Position numbers and translations under genes: made by a program. From a virus (lineage: Duplodnaviria; Caudoviricetes), in the IMG/VR virus record IMGVR_UViG_3300048839_001287, positions 1-58,045 of that record: a stretch of 58,045 bases of DNA; one strand, written 5' to 3'. Positions 26,901 through 36,900 of the stretch are shown in pieces; position 1 is the first letter of the stretch; every line of letters starts with the position of its first letter. The notes under the pieces were generated by a model that saw only the letters and a program-made list of their open reading frames with translations, was not told where the DNA came from and searched no databases.

Positions 26901-27964
26901 ACTTGCCCCATAATGCTGCCTATATCAGTAATAGCTTTGTAAATATCAGGAGTATTTAAAAGAGTGCCTGTATGTTTTTGTACAAAACCAGTAATAACAT
27001 CTTCCTGGTATTCTCTAAGTAAAGCAGAATAATGATCCATTCTTTGCTTATAATAAGCAAAGCCGTTTACCCAGTTTCCAGAAACACTTTGATAGCCATA
27101 TTTTAATCTATCAGACTGCAACTCAATATCATCAAATAAGATATGAGATTCTCCATCAGATAAATTAAAGTCACCTGCTTTTTGCCAGAATCGCATAATT
27201 CTTTGTAGATACGCAATTGTACCAACATCCATAGTTGGTTGCTTAAAGGCCCCTTCTACTTCTTTTAAATGCTCTTCAGCAAAATTTAACAGCGTTTCAA
27301 GATCTTTTGTTTTAGACAGTGCTTTAAGATTTTGATCTATATTTTCAATCTGATTGTATAGTTTTGCAATCTTAGCATCAATATTCTTTACGCCTACTTT
27401 ATTGTTTGCAGCTTTTGCGTCTTTTTTCTTTTGGAATTCTTGGCTTAATCTTTTATACAGTTCGCTTTTTTGTTTCTTAAAAGTTTCTCTTAAAGCGCCA
27501 AAACGATTCATTTTAGAAGAAGAAACGATAAGATCATCATACTCATATTCTCCGTCTCGATCAAAAGCTCCTTGAATTTTTACTACATTATCTTTAAGAA
27601 CAGGAACTTTATATTTGATCCCAGTAGGAGTTTGTATTTTTATTGGATTACCCAAAACAGGCAAATCAAATATCCTGTTTATCTTTTTAATTGACAATAC
27701 TCCTTGGGTATAAGAATTACTTCCAGATGCTTTTTGATTTACATAATAGTATCCTTTAGCATTATTCTTTCTGATACCTTGTTTTGCACTAACAGCTTCA
27801 TCAAGATAATGTTGCACAGTTCTATTGACGTCGATTCTTCCTTCTTCATTAAAAACAGGAGGAAGGGTAGTTCCGACTACCCCATCAAATTCTCCTCTTT
27901 CAAGTAACTGCTGCATTTCTTCAGCAGTATATTCTTTACCATTGTATGTATATGTACAAGCCAT
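23957..27964 (-). CDS. Giant virion cargo/ejection protein (1335 aa)
   Basis: Follows the virion RNAP gene; helical; HGNY...GRLLAQFRTW motif and a late hydrophobic helix, as in large crAss-like cargo proteins. Confidence 0.75.
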   Translation of the reverse strand: MACTYTYNGKEYTAEEMQQLLERGEFDGVVGTTLPPVFNEEGRIDVNRTVQHYLDEAVSAKQGIRKNNAKGYYYVNQKASGSNSYTQGVLSIKKINRIFDLPVLGNPIKIQTPTGIKYKVPVLKDNVVKIQGAFDRDGEYEYDDLIVSSSKMNRFGALRETFKKQKSELYKRLSQEFQKKKDAKAANNKVGVKNIDAKIAKLYNQIENIDQNLKALSKTKDLETLLNFAEEHLKEVEGAFKQPTMDVGTIAYLQRIMRFWQKAGDFNLSDGESHILFDDIELQSDRLKYGYQSVSGNWVNGFAYYKQRMDHYSALLREYQEDVITGFVQKHTGTLLNTPDIYKAITDIGSIMGQVISLAETKDPMLQSLAIAIKNQSTKARMDSASINEKVDELVEKIRPKLMAINSKDIYSIFKQKDSNGKETGDMVMRYSVDYFDEKDKLLRVAESTNKPKHWDAYFRWRRNNEIMFDVRKLFPKTKKSGVYRYNNEIFTAVDVDTHKKDLLEALGQKGYDKLIARLEKKVEEFEFDYELAKDRIYSDPITTIAEKDELMDQWDKINSPYWAAAKVVDNKIILDHKGNKLRIQGQHRTYAVPKKYGATGAKTKWYDPNFEIIEKDNDLFEFYDFMAETLYQLNALLPHDVRRNIRLNTIPTIKKTLVEKLGSDNSGKLAAIGLWDSMKEILRSEDLSDTSTADIDPVTGEDEKNIRFHMMSNHKAEVEQKMKTAVIEFQLTNKRVPNVLEKKALEKDILHEMAQNKSFDLGKILKLYAFTTYSFHHKAAIEDYVKLLEQQFQTRKEVHTNSSGAPLHNTAGELAVKDGLDNYKNMLDFALRRFYGLREQDVELKSEKKLLTSEELAQKKKIETLLTQNEEDYKNGLMIKSVYDSNKKILEGQLEYLGGVLTGSGVVNGAIRWMQLKSMGWNILSGIANMGFGLVSNIIEAGDGRLFGEQEYKKAMAMVMRSVLRNFSFNSYNHPTALKIRNLMDRMDVLKDASDEMYKATSKSLLGINRLRFLSPYQMQKRSEYINQAPVMIAMMLKETITDNNGKQRPMWEAFGNDGKWNTAEFGKEPRDFILDFKVRIDQAIKKTHGNYDPESPLMVKKTSIGRLLAQFRTWMFEGFFNRFGKEYEDYSLGYKRKGRYRSGFSVFAYANGTGLDWSKQSMLMGRELVRRMLLGHVIKKADQQGVFMGEQYKFDDVDYANLSANVNETLLLITATIALAALKHATEGEDDDDRSFLTNIMINELLRVQTDILFYSNPSAMETLIKRPIPAMSLFSDATQLMDATWKLMLGEDEIKSGVYSGDSRILRETAQFLPGTTQAHKIYSSGVQLFDK

Positions 27965-30900
27965 TAGTTACATTTTTTACTTATAATACCCTCTTTCATT
28001 AAAAGTTCCAGCTCTTTCATCATTGTCATTTGCATGTCAAGTCGTTCTGCGGCCTCTTGTTTTTTAACCATGGCTGTGTCGTATTCTGCTAATAAATCAG
28101 GTCTGTTTTTTGCTAACCACGGACGGGGGTTAGAAGTTACTGGAAAACCCATAACTTGTGGTAATTCATTATGAGGAATAAACACTTCTTCATTTTTAAA
28201 TATTAATCTCAAATGACCCCTTTTGGTTCCAGAAGCAACCATATCATCAGAAACATCAACAACCTGCTCTTTATTTTTATTGCTTAACATAACCAATTGC
28301 GACTTAGTTGTTTGATAAAACTTGCCAGTATTAACCCACTCTTTGCTGAAAACAACATTACCAGGAATAGGACCGGCTTGTATAAACATATCCATCATTT
28401 CCAAACCTGTGTAACCGTTTAAAGATTTAGTTTCAACATTTCGATAAGCAACTTTAAAACTTTTATCTGGATTGTTCTTAGCTGCGGCATATAGCTTTTT
28501 AATGTTGTTAACAATTTGTTGAGGAGGGATTGACTTAAGTCCCTTATTATCCTTTACTCGTAAATCTTTTGTGGGTAACGCATAAGCATTGCCTTGTAAC
28601 CCCTCTCCTTGCCCATACTTAGCACCAAACTTTTCAACAGCAATTTTAGCTGCGCCAGCCCCGTGCCTTCCTTCTGGATTACTACCAAAAACAAAAACTG
28701 TCTTAGCATCAGGAATTATATCTCCTTCATAGTATAAAACATTTGGATCAATATTGGCAGTAACTTGAGGTTGAGAATTAAACAACTCTCCAAAGGTATT
28801 ATAATCATTAACATCCTTTGCTACAGCGTCAACAGCTTCGTTTCCTTGAACACCAGAGTGGCCTCTTACCCAATAATAAGAAACTTTACCCGGCCTCTTC
28901 ATAATCTCATCAACCAACTTGTCAGCAATAATCCTAATGTTATTATCTCCAGCAAAGTTACCTTTCGAGAAAGCTTCATTACCATAGATTTTTTTATCTA
29001 GAAGAGCCTTATCAAGTTTAACATACTGGGAAACTTTTTGATGAATTTCTTCTTGCTGTTTTGGTGTAAGAGTTTTCCAAAAATCTTTATAACCTTTTTC
29101 CGAAAGATGTGTGTTGTCAGTAACTCTCATTATAATTCTGGAAAGAATCCAAAGTTGAACACCTTCTAAGTCTTGGTAGATTTGTACAAACTCGAAAGAA
29201 GGAGTATTCTGAATAGCTACAAGAGAACCATAAAGTTCCATAACACCATTAGAAGGATCGCCTTTTATTTCTTCGCCAAGTTCTTTAGACATCTTTTCTA
29301 AACCGCCCTCAAACTTGTTGTAGTGGCCTGAGATCGAATGTTCTTTATCCCCGTGCTTCAGATATACACCGAAGCCTAATTTGCCCGCCTGCTTAATATC
29401 AGAGCCATCTACGAAGACCTGAAGAGGTTTATCTGGGGAACTAAATCGTGCTTGTGTTTGAATTGGTTGTTTTTGTTCTGGCTGCTTAATGTTTGCTTCG
29501 ATACGACTCTCAATAAGAGTTGTAATATCCTTAACAACATTTGCAGAAACTTCATCAGAGAAAGTGATGCCAATAGCCTTCAACAAGTCACTAATCAATT
29601 CTACAAACTTCTCAAACAATCCTTTGTCATTTAACTTTTCTTGGAAAGCAGGAGAAGTCATTCCTAAAGCAAAAAATTCTCTTAAGTTATGGGCACCATA
29701 AAGTGCACTAGCCTCTTCTCTGGTTAAGTTATCCCCATTCGTTTTTATATAAGCCTTGACATCGGTATCTTGTGATAACCCATATTCATCAAGAACAGCT
29801 TTCCTATATGTTTCTTGAAGTTTACTTAATCGAGCTATAATCGTTTTTTGTTGTGCCGTTAACTGATTTGGATTAATCCTATACTTATGTATGAGGTCGG
29901 TAGTCAAGCCATGGGTTAATTCATGCAGAACAACTTCTTCCAGCATACTTCTATTTTCTGCTTTGGAAGCATTGATTATAATGTTAACCTTATTATTAGT
30001 GCCATAAGTAGTTCTGGCAAGATATGGTGCTGTCGGATCATCAATAACTGAAATAGACCACTCAATACCTGTCTTATCAATAATATCTAAAATATTTTCA
30101 GCATACTCACGATAACCAAGGTTAGTTGTAAGAGACTTAATATTTTCAAGAACATCTTTGATTACAGGTAAAGACCCGTCCCCCAATTCCAGTTCTTCTA
30201 TCAACTGATTATAGTTTGGTTCCGCACTGGGAGTTATAGCTTTAATAACTTTTGCGGGTGCGGGAGCTTTTTGACTATTTCTTACTTTCTTGGCATCTTT
30301 AAGTCTAGTGTCATTATTAACAACAGAAGAAGACTCTGTGTTCCAAGAGTATTCTCTTATAGAGGCCACGTGTTTTTTACCTATAAATCTTGTGCCAAGA
30401 ACGGGGATTCTTTCATATTCATTACCACCAACATAAGCAAACAGATGCCATCCTTGGGGGACATCTGGATCTTTAAAAGAAATAAATTCAGTTAGCCATT
30501 CTCCGCCTTCTCTTTCAACAGTATATTCTTCCAGTTGATCTGGATTTATAGCAATAAAGTCTACCTCTTTTAGTTTAGTAATAGGTTGTTGTTTTCCTTC
30601 TGGAGTAACTAAATTAAAATGTTCAACTTCTCCCCTAGTAATACTACCAGGATTATGCTGTACGAATTGTTTTGTATATTTGCTATACTGATATGGATTT
30701 TCTTTTTTCATTACAACTTCCACATCCTTGCTATTAGCAAATGTAATTTTATTCATCGCTTCAGCAAATCCTATCTTTTGCAGATATTCTACAGGAATAT
30801 ACTTTACATATTGAGAAGCTTCTTGTAAGCCACCAGTCATATAAGCATAAAGAATTAACTCCCTACCCAAGTCCTGGGTAGTCATTGTCTTTCCATTAAA

Positions 30901-33900
30901 TTCGCCAATTGGAATTGGATGTACAAGCAACTCCATGAAGGAAGCATACAGATTTAGTTCATCATAGTTTTCAGCAGTTGCAGCATTGAACGTAACAGTA
31001 CTAGGTAAATCTCCTTTTCCAAGTCTTGGTCTTAATCTATTTAAGAAAGCATTATTCTTGAAGAATTCCTGATCTTTAGATGCCAACAATATAGCCGCCA
31101 AAGAATAATGTTCAAACGTATCCTCTCCGGTTTTTACATCAAATAAAAGCCTGCGCCTTTCTACACTAGCTGATTCAGTACCAAGATTAAGGGCAGCCGC
31201 ATTTGAAAACAGATAGGCTTTCAAGTCTTTCCAAACTTTTTCATAGTAATCTGCCTTTGCTTGTGGCGGAAGATTCATTTTACCAGTAACCTGAAGAATC
31301 TCTTCCATCTGCACTTGAATAGCATCTTGGTGGAATGGGAACAATTGTCTCCACAATCTATTATTAAGCAACAAAGCATTCTTAGTTGCATGACCATTGA
31401 TAGTATTAAATTGAACATTTACATGAGCACCAAATCGAGTATAACGCCCAAGTACAGTATGCCCGTTAACTATAGGAGAAACATCTAAAGAATAAATAGA
31501 CTCTTCTTTAGTCATACTAGAAAATATTGATTTGCCAACACCAGCAGAGTCGGTATTGATAGCAGACTGAATCTTTTTCAACTCTATACCATATGGTTGA
31601 AGGAAAAGAAACTTAGCAAGAAGAGCCGCCTGTTTCTTTTTATAATCAGGATAAGCTTCCCCCTGTTCGATCATTGCCATCATTTCTGCTGACCCAATAT
31701 TATCAGACTGCTCTACTAGTTTATCAATAATCTGTTGCTTTTCTTCTGGACTGGCTTTTAAGAACGCTTGTCCATAGTATTGTCCAAATAATTCATTTCT
31801 CACTCTTATTGCAGCCCCAACTTCATATTCTTTCAAAGAGTTGGTCGCCTTACTTAGTTTGTCTACATACTCAAAAATAATATCTTGGGAAATAAATGGG
31901 GCAACAACAGATTCATCAAAACCAAGTTGATTAAGGATACGAATAACATCATACGTGTAGTTATTCACATTGATCTTATCCATGATCTGTTCCTTCTCAT
32001 TATCCACAGCAGCCGACTGATAAGCAGCAATTACATCAGACTTATAACGTTTAGTAGTACCAAGAACATATTTACCAGATAAATCACCGCTCGATCTAAT
32101 ATTACCAAACACAATTGGCATTGGTGGCAAACTTTCCTCATCAAAAATAAACTGCTCAGTTAAATAAATTTGTTCACCAGAAACAGCATAAGCATGTTGC
32201 ATTACGGAGTTAAGAACGGAGTCAAGTGAAAATACACCGACACCGCCAACTCTACCAGCCATAGCATTGATAAACTTTTGCTTTTGATATGAATCAGAAA
32301 GAGGAGAAAATATTTTATCACTGTGTTTTCTAGCTGCTCTAGCAGAACTAATTTTTGCAGCAAGATCTTTTCCGCCTTTTAAATCACCATAAGCAAGAGG
32401 GGCATGAATTTGTTGCTGAACCACATCCCTTGGATCTGACATTACTTCAAAGTGAATATCAATAATGTCATTCTGAATACTCTTCTTATAATTACTGATT
32501 TGCTTAACAATATCTTTTCGAAGTAATTCGGCTTCAACTTTATCTAAACCAGCTTCAACAGCAGCATTAATATAATCCATCAAGAAATCTCTTGATTCAT
32601 TAATACCCATATTGTATTTAAGAAAATCACTGAACCTATTAATTTTAAATGTCCCCTCTTCCCCATTAAACATGTGAGTATAGAAGTAATCATTTAAATC
32701 AACAACAGAGTTTGCCTTTTCAACTAAACCTTTTATTGGATCAGCAAAAGAAGCCTTCTTAATATAAGGAGATTTTTCTGCCTTTATAGTTTTAATTTCT
32801 TCTATTAATTGTTTTCTTCCTTTTATTGTTTCGGACATTTCTCCAATCTCATCATACAGTTTATTTATTGCATCATAGATTTTCTGAATTTCTCCGGATT
32901 TATTCTTATTGAACTGAATTAATACTTGCTTTAAAGCTTTTGCATATTGAATTTCTTGTTCATCCTTAATCCACGCACCAAGATGTTCGGCACCAGCCTT
33001 TTCATTTAAAGAAGAGGCGTTAATTCTTTTAAGTTTGGCAATATCATTATCCATTAAGTTTCTAGCATAAGCCTTCAACTTAATAAAGTCTACTTTATCT
33101 GGATTATAAAAAGAACCGGTACCAACCACATTACTAAAGAATGCTCGGAAAGATGTGAACATTCTATCGCCAGCCTTGAACCCAAGTTCAGGAACATATA
33201 AGTCTGAATTAATAGATGTTATAGAAAGAATTTTTTCCTTCTTTAATTTACCAAGAGTTGCTTTAAAATAATCTAGCTTATCATAAGCCTGTTTGAGTTT
33301 GCCGTTTTCTTTTGAGAATATTTCCTGATTATCATCAATCAAAGTTCTCAACTGAATATTTAGCAAATCCAACTTATTCTGAGATTGTTCACTTAATGCC
33401 GAGTAATTTGTATGATGCATATACAAGTAAACCTTATCTACGTCAAAGTCAGAACCCATCTGTACAACAAGTTCTTTTGGCGCCACAATCATGTCACCAT
33501 GTGCTTTAGGCAAAAATCCAACTATTTCAAAATAAGCCATAGAGTTATGGCCTTGAGTTGGAATACGGAAACCAAATGTTTTTAAAAGCTCCTTATCAAA
33601 TTTAGTTGTGTCAAGAAACTTCTTACCATTTTTTTCTACGATAAAACTATCAATCTTTAATGCTTTACCATTATTGTCCAGAAATTTAAAGGGCATAAGA
33701 ATTTGCCCAGGTTTAAATTCTCCGTTTTCTACACGCATTGGCTGTAATCCTAACATTGGATCAAAACCTTCTACAAAAGTAATGTCTGGAGAATCTTTCA
33801 TGGATTCCCACTCCTTGAATTTAAAACCTTCTTCAGTTGCAAGTACGAGAGATTTCCCCGGGAAAGTCATCTTTCTCACTCTATTATCTACAATACTATT

Positions 33901-36900
33901 TAATAAGGCTTGTATTCTATCTGAAGAACTAGACGCCCAAAGAGGCATAACAAAAGAACCGTCGTCTTTAATATCTAAAGCATAAATATCATTTAAAGGA
34001 TAGTTTCTTTTTACAGCTTCATCTATAAGTAAGTTTCTCAACTTTCTTACATCTATTGTACCGTTATTATAACCAAGTTCATATTCCAAATCTCTCGCGG
34101 CTAATTCAAAAAGCTTTTGATAGTTTTTATTATACCTATCAAATTTTTCTTTCATTCCCGGAAGATCGAGAATATTGTTGAATAACAACTTCCTTTCTTG
34201 TGTACCAACATTAATTTCTTTCTTGTCTGCATCGTAAGGAATTTCTTGCTGAATTCTTAAACCGGCCCTAGGCAAAGTACGAACAGCCAGGTGCAGTTTT
34301 TCTGAATTATTGGAAAGGTCTGCTATAACTTCAGAATCAAAGCCACCTTCAGGTTTAACAAGTGTAGGCATATTCTTGTTAGAAGGAGCCCCCACTTTTG
34401 CAGCAGTAAGAAAAGCAGCACGATCAATACCATTCTTTTCCATAAGAATACGCAGCTCATCTAATTCTGTTCCTTTCACCATTGAAGGGGAAAGAGCAAA
34501 AGAAGATGATTTAATATACACGCGCCTGTCAATATTATTATCAAGGTCGATAACATTATTTACATAAACCGGCTTTAATGGTTGAAACACCAATGATTTG
34601 AACAACTTATAATCATCTTCTGAGACAGACTTTTTAATAGCCTCATCATAGTAATGATTACCATTTGCAATCTCTTTGTCTATTACATTTTTAATAGTGT
34701 TATACAAAGCAACAGGCATTTTACCTGTATGCCTTAATATATACATGTGTTCAGTTAAAGTAGTAATCTCCTGTGCATCAGTAGAAGCTATTTTACGATA
34801 ATCACCCGCAGCAGCTAACCCAAGTTTTTCAAAGAAAGCAGCAACAGTTGAGGCCACTTTTCTGTCTTTTATAAACAACTGTTTAAAACTATTGTTCTCT
34901 TGATCGTTAAGATCATAACCGGGGGCCATGTCACCAGCAAGACGTTTACCAACGTTTAAGAAAGTATCACCAACCATAGCTATTCTTTCTTCATCAGTAA
35001 GCCTATTTCTAAAAACAGACTGGTCAATTTCTTCTGGTGTATATAAAGACTCGGTATCTTTAGCCAGTTGTTCTCTTCTTCCCTTTAAAACCCCAGATTT
35101 AAAAAACATTGCTGGATCACCAATAACCATTTGATACATATTGGCATTAGCAAGTAAATAGTTAGCCACATAATCTGTTGCCGCATATTTAACTTTATCA
35201 AGTCTGGTTTTAGCTAATGGGCTCATTGTAGAGTTCATATAAGCTAAATCCATAAAAGCAGGAGGAGTTTCTTCATCTATATAACCTATACCCAATTCTT
35301 TCCACTCTTCCATTTTTTCTTCTACCAACTTAGTAACGTGATTCTTAATCACTTCCTTCATGATAGAAACATATTCCGGTTTTTCTAAAAGATCAGATTT
35401 AAGGGTTCCATCTTCGTTAAACAACGCGGAAACATTATTCAACTCAGGAACCATATAGAACATAAACCAACCCTCTTCCATACCAGCGTCATTCACTTTA
35501 CCGCCTTTAGCTTGATAGTAATGTATACGATTAATTTCTGGAAGAATCATTTGCTCATACAGCAGATCAACCATATTCTGATCTATTGTGCCGTCTGGAG
35601 TAATATTAACTTTAGTCTTGATGGCTTCTACAAGCATCATGGTTGTCTTATCAGACATAGTTGGATACATGAAATAGACTTTACCGTTTCCTTTATTTTG
35701 AAAAGCAGTAATCTTAACTACTTCATGTTCAGCGCTATCCGCTTGTTTCATTTCAGGGCCATCAAAACCAAACTTTTGTTTGATTGCCTCCAGACCCATA
35801 TAATGTAAATCGAAAGCATCCATAAATGGGGTTTCTGGCTTTTCAAGGTCTGGGTTGTTTTTCTTTTCTTTTTGCCATTTATCCAAAGCATTGTGATCAG
35901 CGTATAGTTGATCAAGCCAAGAAGAATTCTGACTAAAGCTAATGTTGCTTAAGGCATCTACTATGCTTATATCTGTTTTCAAGTCCCTTACTCTTTTAAC
36001 ATTATATTTGTTAAGAGCATGAGAATAAACAGTTTCATTACCAGTTCTATGTGAATTGGATAAAACGTAAGAGGAATATTTCGCCTGAACTTCTGCTAAT
36101 CTTTTAAAGGCAGTTTCAGCCAATGGGTTGTTTACAGATATAGGCCTGTCTCCACGAACTTTAAAATTCTCATAAAGAAGTCTAAATGCACCGCCTTTAT
36201 TTTTAAATAGGCCAATAAATTTTCGCGGGGGCCACCCAACTATTTCTGCCCAAGCTTTATCGTCAAGAGTAATACCAACTTCTTCTAACCATTTTCTTCC
36301 TTCGGCTCTCATTTTTGGAAGAGAATTGGCATCACGAACAGCAAACCCCTTTTCCGGATTAATCCACTGTTCGTATTGATTCATCAACCTATTAGTAATC
36401 CTTGGATCAAGAATTAAGTCCGCAGGATCATTTGGATCGGGAACAGTAATTTTATTGTTGATAAAGTTATCATACCACCCATCTTCTATTTGTCTTGCTA
36501 TAGCATTTGCATTAGCATCATAAACAGAAAGATCATAACTACCATCTTTGTTCTGACTCCACATAATAAATTTCATGGAGACATAATGCTTAGACATAGC
36601 AACCACAAACTCTGTCTTTACTTCGTCAGAAGCATTGTCAAGTCTGTTGATGACATTCTGTAACCAGGGGTAGGCCTTTCTAAACTTTTTCAGATGTTTC
36701 ACCATCTGATCGTAGTCTGCCCTTTGTCCAGACAAAAGAGAAATAAGAGTATTGTAAACAGTATCAAATGGTACTCTTTCCACCATATCAGCCGTATATG
36801 CTTTCTTTGGTGCAATAGTGTTATTAGGAGTTATATAAGCATCCTCAATAAAATGGAAAAATCTTCTTAATCTACCAGACATTGTAACTTTTCCGTCGAT

